A DNA stretch of 64,000 bases from Narcine bancroftii (GCF_036971445.1 NC_091476.1:21948001-22012000); one strand, 5' to 3'. Positions 48,058 to 61,300 are shown, numbered from the stretch's first letter. Notes: generated by a model not told the origin, from the sequence alone. Translations and numbers: made by a program.

Positions 48058-49273
48058 TTATGTTGAGGAACTTTGGGGGGCATCCGAGGCGCTCTAGTAT
48101 TTGCCAAAGCCCTTTCCTGCTCACGGTGTCGAAGGCTTTGGTGAGGTCAACAAAGGTGATGTAGAGTCCTTTGTTTTGTTCTCTGTACTTTTCTTGGAGC
48201 TGTCTGAGGGCAAAGACCATGTCAGTAGTTCCTCTGTTTGCGCGAAAGCCACACTGTGATTCTGGGAGAACATTTTCGGCGACACTAGGTATTATTCTAT
48301 TTAGGAGAATCCTAGCGAAGATTTTACCTGCAATGGAGAGCAGTGTGATTCCCCTGTAGTTTGAGCAGTTTGATTTCTTGCCTTTGTTTTTGGACAGGGT
48401 GATGATGATGGCATCACGAAGGTCCTGAGGCAGCTTTCCTTGGTCCCAGCAGAGCTTGAAAAACTCATGCAGTTTGGCATGCAGAGTTTTGCCACCAGCC
48501 TTCCAGACCTCTGGGGGGGATTCCATCCATACCCGCTGCTTTGCCACTTTTCAGTTGTTCAATTGGCTTGTATGTCTCTTCCCGGGTGAGGACCTCATCC
48601 AGCTCTAGCCTTAAGGGCTGTTGAGGGAGCTTGAGCAGGGCGGTTTCTTGGACTGAGCAGTTGGCACTGAAAAGAGATTGGAATTGTTCTGACCATCGGT
48701 TGAGGATGCAGATCTTGTTGCTGAGGAGGACTTTGCCATCTGAGCTGCGCAGCGGGCTTTGGACTTGGGGTGAGGGGCCGTACACAGCCTTTAGAGCCTC
48801 GTAAAAACCCCTGAAGTCGCCAATGCCCGCGCTGAGCTGGGTTCGATTGGCGAGGCTAGTCCACCACTCATTTTGGATCTCCCGGAATTTACGCTGATGA
48901 TGGCTGCATGCGCGACGGAAGGCTCGTTTCTTCTCTGGCCAGGACGGCTTTGCAAGGTGAGCCTGGTGGGCAGCTTGCTTCTTTGCTAGCAGCTCCTGTA
49001 TTTCCTGGTTGTTTTCGTCGAACCAGTCCTTGTTTTTCCTGGAGGAGAAGCCCAGTACCTCTTCAGTGGATTGTAGTATGGCAGTCTTCAGCTGATCCCA
49101 GAGGGTTTCAGGGGACGTTGTCATACCCACACTACTGTTCGGCTCCGAATCATGGGTCCTCTACCGGCATCACCTACGGCTCTTAGAACGCTTCCACCAG
49201 CGTTGTCTCCGCTCCATTCTCAACATTCATTGGAGCAACTTCATCTCCAACATCGAAGTACTCGAGATGGCAG
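48058..49273. mobile_element. RTE-clade LINE with an inverted 5' part (48058-~49117 minus; ~49117-49273 plus)
   Basis: Minus strand: TSPETLWDQLK...CSNYRGITLLSIAGKIFARILLNR...ESQCGFRANRGTTDMVF...FVDLTKAFDTV...GCPPKFL. Plus strand: VVIPTLLFGSESWVLYRHHLRLLERFHQRCLRSILNIHW. Confidence 0.88.
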
Positions 49274-49289
49274 ACATGGTGGCTCCTAG

Positions 49290-51905
49290 GGGCCTTTGCA
49301 CAAACTTTGGGGAGTGCACAAGAGACTTCACTAATGGATTGTTGTTTTGAAAAGCAACAGATAAAAGAGATCGGAGGAGTAGTTCAGAGCTGCAGGCTGC
49401 TTGGCGTGCAGCTTGCTATTCTAAGAGGGTCATGTGGTTTGCAAGCAGAGAGAGTCAAACAGGCTTTTTCTCTTAGCGAGATCAGTTCTGCAGTGCTACA
49501 GTCAGCAGCTGGAACTGGAGCAGGACAAGCTGGAAAGATTGTGGAAAAACCCTATTTGTAAGACTGGTAGTGAGTGCTTAGTTGGACCCCTTGTAGTTCA
49601 TGCAAAAGGAGAGGACTGGCTGCCTAATGTTTCACTTGAAATAAGAGAAACAGGAACTGTGGTGATCTGAAAAAAAGATGTTATTATCTGGAAAACTATG
49701 ATGGGGCAAGTTTCTTCAGCAAGAAACTGATGTGGCTGATTAAAAGGGATCAGTTTGTGTCCAGAAACAACAAATCTCTCTCTGAAAACTAACAAGAATC
49801 TTCCTGAGTGGTAACCATTTGCCTTTCAAGCACCAACGCCTGATGAACTTCATAAATGTTAAATTCTGTGCACAGTATAAGAATTGCCTGCAAACAGTAA
49901 ACTTGTAGAAATGAGAAGTGAGAGTGGTCTGTGAATTAAAAAACTTTTCTGAACTTGCACCCACATTACATACACGTGTGCTTAGAATTAGAAGGGAGTT
50001 AGGTTAGTTAAGTTAATAGTGGTAAGTTAAAGTGTGATTCTGTTTTCATGTTTAAAGATAATTAAAAGCAACTTTTGTTTCAGTAACCATTTGTCTTGAA
50101 TATCTATTGCTGCTGAGTTTTGGGGTCCTCTTGGCTCGTAACAGTAGTTAATCATTCTTGTATTATATTAAAACATGCCAATACAGTTTTATTAGCGATG
50201 AGAGATAGGCTGCGCCAAAATTATCTTGAAACAATTTCAAGTTTACATTTGGACAGCATTCAATGCGCACATACTTTTGTCACAGGAACGAAATTTGCAC
50301 AACATAAGATTTTTCCACATGACTACTTAAAAAAAATGAGGGAACATTGCTCAGACCCCTGTTTGGTTCATTGGCAACTCGAGTTCCAGATCTAGCCAAC
50401 CAACATGATCAGAAAGCTTTCAGCATTCAAGACCCTTCAGGAGCCCTTCTTGCCCTCAGCACCCTCTCAAATCCCAGCTCTAATACCTAGTTCTGATGAG
50501 CTGGTGCCCAGCAGCATGTGTGCATCCCCTGACCGCAAGTCACCTGCAGCCTTGTGGGTCCTTCAGCTGGTGAGCCCCTCTGGTTCACTGCCCTGTAGGG
50601 TCATCGCCTCTGCTCCTCATCGTGGATGTTTTTCAGTCCTCTGGAATAGTTACCGACTAGCAATCCCTCACAGGTCACTACTACTGCGTTCAAAATTTCT
50701 TCAGCTATCTCTTTCAGACCCTGGGGTGTAGTATGTCCATCCAGATGATTTATTCACCTTCAGCCCCTCAGCTTCCCAGGCACCTTCTCTTCTGTAATAA
50801 TAATATACTCACTTTTGTCTCCTGACTCTCAAATTTCTATATGCAACTTTTTCAATTAAAAAAAAATTAACTTTGGTGTAATCTTTTTTCAGAACTGATC
50901 TTCCACAGTGGGTACACCCTCCTTTCTATGCCACCCACTCTCAATATAGCTAAGAATCCAGGCTATATTGAGCCTTGGGGTATCTGGGAGCACCTGTTTC
51001 AGTACAATAATAGTGTGACACAATGGCTTAACTAAATATATGCTTATAAAAGGGACTAGAATTGGGTTAGCTATTAGGTTACATGCATTTTACAGGCAGA
51101 ACAATGCCTTGCAAAGTCTGAGGGCAGGTGCAAACAGAAGGTTCTGGGCTTTAGCAACATTTACAAGCACACACCAGATACTGAAACATTTGTGGAGAGT
51201 TTGGCCCATGTTTTTTTTGTAAAGCCTGGAAATTGCAACATTTACAAACTGAAACCAAAAAATAACAGTGCCTGGAACATCAGGAGAGGAGGGGAAGAGA
51301 ACGAGAGAGAAGTCAGTTTGAGAAAAGGCTGGACGGAAGAGGAGAGCCTGCTGAAAAAGCTTACTTTTTCAAGACTGGGCAGACTTCTAATATGGTAGAC
51401 TGAGTATACTCTCTGTGGAAATCAGGAATGGCAGATAGTCATTTCAGGGTGGCGAAGAGAAGAAGTCTGAGAAGAACCAGGAAAGACGAAGAGTTTCTTC
51501 TGGAAGATACTCCTGTTTGGGGTGTCCAACAAGCAACAACCATCTCTCTAACCCTCCACAACTTTCCTGCCTGATAATTCTAAGTAAAACACTGAAGTTT
51601 GCTTGAATGTAATGAGTGTTTGATTCTGTGTACAGTATTGAAGATTACTGGAAACTGAAGCCTTGGAAACATGGACAGTGGAAGAGTAGCCAGTAAAAAG
51701 GACTTTCTTGAAAACACATTACACACACTTGTGCTTAGATTAAGTTAGGGAGGAGGGGAGGGATTGTGTAAATAACAGTGTTGACAAATTAAGTGTTGAT
51801 CTTGCTCTATATTTAGAGAATTAAACTAATTTTGTTTTAAGGAACTGTTGCTTTGGTGTATTTCTATTGCTGCTGGAATATGGGGTTCATTGAACTCGTA
51901 GCAAC
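49290..51905 (+). mobile_element. Two related LTR-like repeats (~49290-50143 and ~51000-51905)
   Basis: Shared 3' blocks (TTCTGTG.ACAGTA, CACATTACA.ACAC.TGTGCTTAGA, TCTATTGCTGCTG...TGGGGT...CTCGTA.CA). Confidence 0.55.
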
Positions 51906-53699
51906 AGTCATTGGAATGTCAACTGTTTAGTTTTATCTTGAATACTGGTACTGATGATTTGAATCTGGAAACCTTGCTGTCCTATGAATTAAACTAAATT
52001 TTAACATTCTAGGTTCAGACCAGAACCGGCAAAGCTGGCTTCTCTTCAGCTTTTTATCACTATGGATATGATTACTGAATCTGACATTTTCATCTTGTGT
52101 CTGTTACATATTATCCTACCAATACATCTCACTTTATAACTGATGCAAAAAAAATAGTGAAAAGGAGAGAGAGCCATACATTGATCTGAATCCTGCTTCA
52201 TGAAAACAGTTACAATTGTCTATGAGTCAGGTAATTTCTAAGAAGGCACCATTTCCTTGATTTACCCCTTAAGAGCAGTGGTCTTATAGTTTTTTTTATT
52301 GAGTTTTAAAAATATGGGCTTTGCAGGTTGTACTGGCCATCCCCAAATGCCCTTGAGAAGCAGGTGGTGTGCTGCCTTCTTGAACCACTGCAGTTCTTGA
52401 TATGTGGATATATTCGCAATGCTGTTAGGAAGGGAGTTCCAGGATTTTGGCCCAATGACAGTGAAGAAACAACAATATATTTCCAAGTCAGATGGTGTGT
52501 GGATTGGAGGGAAACTTCCATTTGTGATGTTTCCTTACTATTACTAACTTTGTTCTAGTTCGTAGAGGTGGTAGGTTGGGAAGGTGTTGTCTTAGGAGTT
52601 TTGATCAGTTGCTGAAGTGCATCCTTTGAATGGTTCACTGCTACTCATGTGTGGTGGAGTGAATGAGTGAATGAATATGGATGTGCTGCCGAGCCAGTGT
52701 GCTGCCATATTGGTATGGTGACGAGCTTCTTGGGTGTTGATGAAGCTGTATCTCATCTGGGCAAGTACAGAATATTCCATTGCACTCTTGACTTGAGCCT
52801 TGTAGATGGTGGAAAAGTTTTGGGGAGTTGGGAAGTGAGTTATGATTCCTGCCCTCTGGCCTGCATTTTTAGTTACATTGTATATGTGGCTATTCTAGTT
52901 CAGTTTCTGATCAATGGTAACCCCCATAATATTGATGGTAGATATCAATTCAATGATGGTAATGCAATTAAATGCTGGATTTTCTCTCATTCTTATAGTT
53001 ATTGCTTGTCATAGGCACTCGTGGATCGAATGTTGATTGTCACAATCATCCAGACCTAGACATTGACCAAGACTTGATGCATTTGTGGACCACTTCATTA
53101 TCTGAGGAGTCACAAATGGTGCTGAACATTGTGCAGTCATCAATGAATATCTTTACTTCTGATTTTGTGATTGAAGAAAGGTGATTAATGAAGCAGCTGA
53201 AGATGGAAAAAATATACCTTGATGGAAGGGCTCAATCCCAAAATATTGGTTATGTATCTTTATATTTGCTATATAAAGTACATTGTTTGACCTGCTGAGT
53301 TTCTCCAGCATTATTTTTACTTCAGCCATGGTGTCTGCAGACAAAGATGGTTGGGTCTAGTAGTGGCAGTGGTGATTGACATCCATCCATCATAACTATC
53401 TTCCTTTATACTAGATATGATTCCAACCAGTGAAGGGTTTTCTCCTGATTCCAGTATGGCAAGTTCCTTGTTGCCATATTCTATCAAATGTTGCTGTGAT
53501 GTCGACGTCATTTGTTCTTACCACCTCTGGAATTCAGCTCTTTTGTCAGTGTTTGAACCAGGACTAATGAGGAGCTGAGTGACTATAGCGGACCTAATCT
53601 GAACTCCTGTGAACAGGTTGTTGCTTAGCAGGTGGCACTTGATAGCATCATCAATTATACCTTGCACTTCTATGTTGATCCCACTGGACAACTTTTTTT

Positions 53700-54222
53700 T
53701 TTCAAAAATGTTTGCTTCCTAAAAAAGAAATTGGGGATTATGATAGACTACTTCAAACTGAACACACAGATAATTTCAGATTTGCTTTATCATGTAGGAA
53801 ATTGGAGAAATATTGAATTTAACATGTAAGTGTTAAATTGATGCTGGCACATCAATTGACCTAAACATGTTTTGATATTAATTTTTGTTTGTACTCAGCA
53901 TTTGATTTCTCTCATGTCAGTGTCAAACAATAGTGGACCAGCATTCATGGATTCCAGTTGCCTGATTCCACTTTTCCATGGTCACAGTGTCCTGGTGAAG
54001 CACTGACTGTGCCTAATGGAGCGAATGCAGAAAATTAATTTTAAATAATATGTTGCACTTCATGGTTTTCTATGCTTGAAGTAGAAAAAAATTACAGGAA
54101 ATCACAAAAAAAGTTATATGTGGGGAAAAAATGTACGTGATAGGAAATTTTTAAAATGATTTTTGTGATTAGCAGCCCAAATTTCATAAAATACACCTAA
54201 AAGTGTTCAGGAAGAATAATCT
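53700..54222 (+). mobile_element. DNA-transposon-derived repeat (same family as 31225-31720)
   Basis: Direct similarity to the other two copies. Confidence 0.7.
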
Positions 54223-54593
54223 TTGTTGTCCTCTGTAATGGAGAATAGGCTAATTGGCAGGATTTGTCTTGCACTTTGTGGTCAGGACATAACTGGGCAA
54301 TTTTCGTCATTGCCAGCCAGAAACCAATGTTCTAATGGATCAGCCTGCCAAGGTGTGGCAAGTCCTCAAGCACAAGTCTTCAGTATTATTGGTGCAATGC
54401 ACTGATTTTGCACTGATGTGCTTGACTCTCCCAGTGTAGAGAATGGGAATATTCATGGAGCCTGCTTCTCTATTGAGTTGTTTAAATTTTCACGATTTGC
54501 AAATTGATGTGGCAGTACTGCAGAACAAAGAAGCTAAACATAGATTGCTTAGTTCTAACTGTTGCTTGCTATTTGTTGTTTGACATGCATATA

Positions 54594-54836
54594 CAGGTAC
54601 ACGATCCTTTATCTAAAATAAAGTCCATCTAAAATCCAGAAAGCTCCAAAATCCGGCTAATGGGGACCGGCAGTCAGGGGAGGCGGCCGAGGGACCGGCG
54701 GTCGGGGGAGACGTTCGGACAACTGGAAGGGGGTGGGGGTGGATACACTTGCACAATTCAGGTGGGCTTTCTGAAATCCGCAAAAATTCAAAATTCGGAG
54801 CACACTGTCCCTTCCGGATGAGGGATCGTGTACCTG
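54594..54836. mobile_element. Tigger/pogo-type MITE
   Basis: TA|CAGGTACACGATCCTTTATC ... GATGAGGGATCGTGTACCTG inverted termini. Confidence 0.8.
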
Positions 54837-57053
54837 CGGTTCTAATTTTGAAGCTTCACCAGGTTGATCCTCATTCTGAGGTATGCCTGGTTCTTATGAC
54901 AGCTTCTTAATTGCATTGGAGACTGAATCAGGGACCAACGAGGGTGACTTGGATGCCATGAGGTTGTGTTCACTGCTGGAATGGAGGGAAGTTACAGGAA
55001 TGAGGAGTCATTGTCAGAAGAGGTGGTGGAATCTATGGACACTTGGAATTTATGAAGGTGCGTCTTTTACATAGTGATGCTGGGCTAGTGGTGCGTCTTT
55101 GTATTGCCACTAGTCCAGCCCACTTCTGTCCAAACAAAAGAAAACAAATTTTGTGTTCTTTGTATACATGACAATAAAGAAACTTTGAACCCCACTGCTT
55201 CTGGCATGACTATTAGGACTTTTCATTGAACCACAGTTGATCCCCTGGTGTGGTGAAGGTTGAGTGGGGGATATGCCATGAGGTTGAATACAATCCTGCT
55301 GTGGCAGACAGGCTGCATTGCCTTGTGGATGGCCAGTTCTGAGTTGGTCGATCTCTTTGTAGTCTGCCAAATTTAGCATGGTAGTAGTACCATGCAACAC
55401 GATTAAGTCTATTTTTACTGTGAAGATGGGATTTTGTCTCCACAAAGACTGTGTGCAGTGGTCACTCCGGCCAATATATTCGTCAGGTACATCTGCAACA
55501 GATAGATGGGTCAGGACGAGATCAAGCCAGTTTTTCCCCTTTTGTTGGTCCCTCACCACCTGGCAGCAGTGTCTTTTAGCACTCGATCAGCTCAGTCAGT
55601 CATTCTGTTACCGAACCACTGTTGGTGATGAAAATTCAAGTCTGCCACTCCCAGAGCTTCCTTCAAGTGATATTCTACATGATGATTATTCTGCTGGGGA
55701 GGGGGGAGGGTGGGGGATGCTGTTGTCAGCAAAAGATTTACTTTCCCAAGTGTAACCTTATTACATGAAATTTCATAGAATCTGGAGCCAATATTGAAGA
55801 CTCTCAAGGCTGTATACCACAGTGGTGCTGCATCGCTGGGCCAATTGAGGAAGGTACAATTGAAGATGGTGTTTGGGATGTTGACTAGATTCAGGCCTTT
55901 TGGGGCTTGAGCACAAAAGAAAGGAAAATTTATGTCTAAGAAAGATGTTTTAATTTACACCAGTGATAGAAGTTCTGCACCCATTTTTATTTGCTGTTTT
56001 TTTTAAAAAAAATGTGCAAACTTTAAAATTTAAAAAAAGCAAGAATGCTACAACTTTGAAAGAAAAGAGCTTTTGTTGAAATGGCTGAGTTAGGGCCAGA
56101 AATGCTTCTGCACCTCAGTACCTGGTCTGTATGAAGTTTGGCAATCATATGTCATCCTCATTGAGGTAAGAAGGAGGAAAATCCATCGTTTATAGCATGA
56201 TCTGTTGATTTTGGATGAAAATGCACAAGTAGGATGCCAGGGAGAATCGATCTCAACTGCAATATTGTTCATGTCATTGTAACTGCTTTCCAACATTACC
56301 AGGAAAAATAACTCTTGCACTGCTTCAGTGGAACTGTATCCATTTATGAGATTCTACATTTCAGAGAAAGGAGAGCAAAATTGGGAGAATTAAACAAAAA
56401 GCAGTGGCATCTTCAAACACCCATGTAACATGGTTCCTATGCAAAACCCAATTTATTGCGCACATTCAAATCTATTATTTCTCAGTTTACAATTTACTTA
56501 TACCCCTGCAATGGCCAGTTAACCTAATAGCCATTATATCCTTGGAATTGTGAATAAAACTGGAGCACCAGGGAAAACCCATGTGATCACAGGGAAAATA
56601 CAAATTCCATACAGACAGCATTGAAAGTCAGGATTGAACCCAGGTTGTTAGAGCCATGAGGCAGCAATTTTACTGAGATATTATGCCATCTGATTTATGG
56701 AATTTTGCAAAGCCAATTAATTGAAGCAGAATGAAATCCATGTACAGGCATCACCTGCAATACAATATGGTCTGTATCACAATTTTTCATAACGTGAAGC
56801 CTTGTTACCAGTCATGTGAAAATAATGGATTTTGAAACAAGTTATTTTGTACTTTTTTTCCACATGAATTTCATTAGTGTTTTTATTCCCTGATTTTTAA
56901 TAGTGATTTGTGAATTCTGTAAGAATGAATTTCTGTTACTCTAACAATGTTAATAGGCATGGGGGGATGTGTATAAAAATAAACTTTGTAATGTTGCATA
57001 GCTTTTTTAAAAAAAACTACTTTATCCTTTCATACTTCAATCTTATTTTACAG

Positions 57054-57271
57054 CTTTGGATTCACTAATAAAACTGCGAATAAAAACCACTTGCCAATAG
57101 GCATATATGGAAATGGGTTTAAATCAGGCTCTATGAGGCTGGGGAAAGATGCTATGGTCTTCACCAAGAATGGCGGAGCATTAAGTGTGGGCCTCTTATC
57201 ACAAACATACCTGGAGCAGATTAATGCACAAGCTATAATTGTCCCCATTGTGCCTTTCAACCAACAGAATA
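57054..57271 (+). CDS. MORC4: MORC4 coding exon 4
   Basis: TACAG|(S)[72 protein letters not shown]; ends at a U12 donor. Confidence 0.95.
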
Positions 57272-57680
57272 ATATCCTTTTACATGATAAAATTTTTGTA
57301 ATATAGGGTGTTGTTCTAACTTAGCAATAAAGTAAGCCATGAACGGACATGCCAGTATGGCGAATGGGAAGTGGAATTAAAATGGATAGCCACTAGGAGA
57401 TCTTGGTTGTGGCGGCAACTTCCAAACATCAACTTCTCCAATTTCTGGTAACCTATTTCCCTCCCTCCCCATACTGTTTTCTACCTCCTTTGCATTCCCA
57501 TTTTCTTCTCTTTCCCCCTATACCCTTTAGACTATTAAAATACCAAAGAGTTAAATGTTTTAAAAAAAAGTAAGTATTATGACAACAAATTCCTGAATCA
57601 TGAAATAAGTTATCAATGAAAGGTGTTGAAGTGGCATGACAAATAGATTTTTATGATTATTTCTTAACCCTCCAAAGTAC
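57272..57680 (+). other. U12-type (minor spliceosome) AT-AC intron, 409 nt
   Basis: 5' splice site |ATATCCTTT. Branch site TTCTTAAC at 57661-57668. 3' end ...TAC| 13 nt after the branch A. Splicing here restores the frame NQQN-K-NLIVTEDS. Confidence 0.93.
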
Positions 57681-57828
57681 AGAACCTTATAGTCACTGAA
57701 GATTCAGTACCAAGTCTGGAGGCTATTTTAAAATATTCAGTCTTCAAATCACAGGAGGAACTGCTGACTGAATTTGATACAATTGTTGGCAAGAAAGGAA
57801 CTCGGATTATTATTTGGAATATCAGAAG
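57681..57828 (+). CDS. MORC4: MORC4 coding exon 5
   Basis: Encodes (K)NLIVTEDSVPSLEAILKYSVFKSQEELLTEFDTIVGKKGTRIIIWNIR AG|GTATGT. Confidence 0.94.
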
Positions 57829-58454
57829 GTATGTGAAATTTCTTATTTACCTGAGGAGTAAAGCTTAAATTACTTATTTCAACCATCTTGTGAATTAATT
57901 TTTAGTTCTCAAAACCCCTAGTCATCTATTCTTTGCTTCCCATAGCCCCCTCCATTCTTTGATAATGTCTCAATCAATTCTGTAGCCCTCTGTTTTTCAG
58001 TTTCTCTTTCTGAATCCTTCTCTCCATTGCCCTACCAAATTCCTAGAAAGTCAGTTTTCGATGGATGATGATTAATTGTTTTCCTAAAAATTCTTGAATG
58101 ATCCATTCCTCCCTTGATTAAGCTACTCTTTCCACTCATTCTGCCCATTAATTGTTTACTAAATTTGCAACTCAACCCCTCACCTCTTACTGCTTTGCCA
58201 TTGTTTTTTTTCTCTCATGTTTAGTGATATAACCTTGCTGGAAGTTTCTCAGAATTGATGTTGTGGAACAGGATCATTTGCAGCACATGTCTGAATGACA
58301 AGCAATTTCAAGGGTAAAGTTCCCCTGACTTTCTTGCAGTGTGCTTGGAAGATTCATACCCCTTTCTGTGAAGGATAGTACCGTAATTCGTGCTTCCTCG
58401 AATTTGCTAGTACTCTTGAGATGAAGTAGACTGTTATTCGGCTTTCAGGATGAC

Positions 58455-58682
58455 GCATGATTGGCGTAGTGGTTAGTACAATGCCTTTACAGCACCAGCA
58501 ATTGGGACTGGGTCTGGGTTCAAATCCTGTTGTAAAAAGTTTGTGCGTTCTACCCTTGTCTTCACCTCCCCGTGTAGGTTTTCTCCATGGGTTCTGTATA
58601 CCACAGGGGTGTAGGTTGATGGGTGTAAAATGGACAGGATTCATAGGGCCAAATTAGTCTATTACAGTGTTGTACGTCTAAA
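58455..58682 (+). mobile_element. V-SINE (HE1-like)
   Basis: TGGCGTAGTGGTTAG A-box, GGTTCAAATCC B-box, conserved core. Confidence 0.7.
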
Positions 58683-58719
58683 TTTTTAAAATGTAAAAAA
58701 AAAGTAAACATTAAGTTAT

Positions 58720-59445
58720 TAGAGGAGATGATGAAAATAATTGATGAGCGTAGGGCAATGGGTGTTGTCCACAAGGACGTTACTAAAGTGTTTGAGTCCT
58801 GTTAGACTGGTACAGAAGATGAAGTCACATGGGATTCATGGTGAGTTAGCAAGTTGAATACAAAATTGGAAAAATCATGGAAGACAGGATAGTAGTGGAG
58901 GGCTGTTTCTCTGATTGGAGATTTGTGACCAGTGGTGTACTGCAAGGATCAATGCTGGAACCTCTGTTATTTGTAATATATATTTAGAATTTAGGCCAAA
59001 GTGGTCTCATTAGCAAGTTTGCAGATGGCAGTGTTACGGAGAATGAGGAAGGTTGTTAAAGGATATAGATCAATTGGATATATGGGCAGAGAAGTGGCAG
59101 TTCAAATGTGAGATCTTGTATTTTGGAAGGTCAGATATAAGAGCCAAGTATGCGCAAAATGATAGAACCCTCTGAAGCATATGGAGGGATCTTGGGGTGC
59201 AATACCAGAGTCGCTTGAATGAAGCGACACAAGTGGATAGGGTTGTAAGGAAGGTGCACAGTGTAATTGGGGGGTTTACAAGTTGGGTAGTCAGGTACAG
59301 CTCTGTAAGACTGGTTAGGCCACATTTCGAGTATTACGTGCAGTTTTGGCTGCCACGCTATAGAAAGAACATGGAGGTTTTAGAGAGAATGCAGATGAGG
59401 TTCACCAAGATGTTGGCTGGCTTTGAGTTTGAGCTATAAGGAGTG
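58720..59445 (+). mobile_element. CR1-clade LINE, decayed (3' end continues near 61940-62320)
   Basis: LVRPHFEYYVQFWLPRYRKNMEVLERMQMRFTKML. Confidence 0.8.
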
Positions 59446-59604
59446 GTTATAATGAGGGTGAGGAACCCAGAGAAACAGAACAGTCAGGACGCCAGTGCTG
59501 CTGTAATGGCAGCACTGCTGCTGGTATATACCCAGGAGGAATGGGTCATAATCTTTCCTCCATGGGGTCATTCTGCCTGATTGCCCAAAACAATGGTAAC
59601 ATAC

Positions 59605-61300
59605 ACATTTTATTTTAATTATTTTATTTATATTTTCAAATCAACATGAAAACATGAAATTCATCAATTACATAAAAGAAACAAACTTATCATTCAATGA
59701 TGATTTTGAGTAAGAAAAGAAAAAGCAAGAAAAAAAGAACAAGCCCTAACCCTCCCCCTCCCATCCACCCAGGGGGAAAAAGGAGAGAAATAGTCAATAG
59801 AATTGAAGAGAGAAAAGAAAAAGAGAACTCAGTCTGCGACATCACAGGCACCAGACTTCACTCCATTGAGGACACACATGAGGCTGTTCTTTAAAAAAGC
59901 AGCCATCATCGAAGGCCCCCACCGCCCAGGCCAGGCCCTTTTCACTCTGCTACCATCGGGGAAAAGGTACAGGAGCCTAAAAATGAGCCCTCAGCAGTGC
60001 AAGGACAGCTTCTTCCCCTCTGCCATCAGATTCCTGAATAATCAATGAACCTAAGACATTGTCTTACTTTTCATGCTCTATAATTGTTGTTATTATTTTA
60101 TTTTATAGTAATGTTGTAAGATGGTTATAATATCAATGTTTGCTCTATGCTGCTGCAAACACCAAATTTCATGACTTGTTAATGAGAATAGATTCTGATT
60201 CTGAGGAAAGAAGAAAAAGAAAAAGGTTTCATTGGATTCATCAATCTCCTGCCAAGGGACAAATATCCTGACTTGCCCAGAATCCCATGTTCCCGGATGC
60301 AGGAGGGGCGAGGGGGCGGGGAGAAGATGGCATTATTAAGAATCTACACTTATGTGTTGAAGATATGGACTCCAAATTTTTAGAAAATCTTTGTATTTTT
60401 TCCTAAGGTTATAAGTAATTTTCTTCAGGGGAAATGCAAGTACATATTTCTACTTTCCAACAGGTCATATCTAGATGGGAATCAGATTTCCAGGTAATCG
60501 CTATACATTTCCTGGCCACCGCCAATGCAATCTTTACAAATTCTAATTGGTGTTTTGCTGGCTTCATTTTAGGTTTTGCTTCTGCTATATTTCCCAATAT
60601 AAACAAATCTGGTATCTGTATAAATTGAATCTTAGTGATTTGTTCCAGATTTCCCAAATCATCTTAGAGGGCCTCGCCTTGGAACATGATCAGGTTCCTG
60701 TTTCCTTGCTACATCTAAAACATTGATCTGATATTTCTGATTTTAATTTGTGTAATTTTTTGGGGCGTTGGTGCAAAAAAATTGTATTGTGCCACTCTAT
60801 ACCTTGCGTTAATAGTATTGGTCAAGCTGTCCTTTACGTTAGTAGTATCGGTCATGCTGTCAAGTCTGACCAGCTTTTATCATCAATCAGAATACCCAGA
60901 TCATTGTCTAGATTTATATAACCCCCGTTTCACAATACCCACTTGAAGTAGAAAATACACTTTTGAAATTTCTTTACCGTCCACTTTCGAACCAGCTTAC
61001 TCGGCTGCACTGTGGTAAGCTCATCATTGGGCCCAATTTGTCCCTTAAATAGGATCTTAATTTAAAATAGAAGAAGATAGTATTATTAGCTATGGCTTAT
61101 TTGGTTTTTAATTGATCAAATTACATTAATTCCCCTTGCTCATAGCAATCCTCATTACACTTGATCCCTTTTTGGGATCAGGTGTGATCAGGATTTTATT
61201 GTCCATTGTTAAAGGAATAAACCTATTTTGAGCTAGAGGCATTTTAGGAGAAAGGCCCTGGCCCCATGCACGTTTAAACTGTCTATAGAATGAGGCCAGT
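59605..61300 (-). mobile_element. L1-clade LINE 3' part, interrupted by a plus-strand Rex/Babar 3' end (~59830-60205)
   Basis: LEFVKIALAVARKCIAITWKSDSHL L1 C-terminal motif; Rex motif HRPGQALFTLLPSGKRYRSLK...DSFFPSAIRFLN. Confidence 0.7.

Larger units (their letters stand above)
52300..55860 (-). mobile_element. Old non-LTR retrotransposon (APE endonuclease to 3' end), fragmented by later insertions
   Basis: GKNWLDLVLTHLSVAD...IGRSDH endonuclease motif; GPKSWNSLPNSI...FKKAAHHLLLKG 3' motif. Confidence 0.6.

Noticed and set aside
57272-57306. ORF-track read-through of MORC exon 4 ([11 protein letters not shown]) suggesting a truncated gene
   Set aside because: Explained by the AT-AC intron; the frame continues intact in exon 5.
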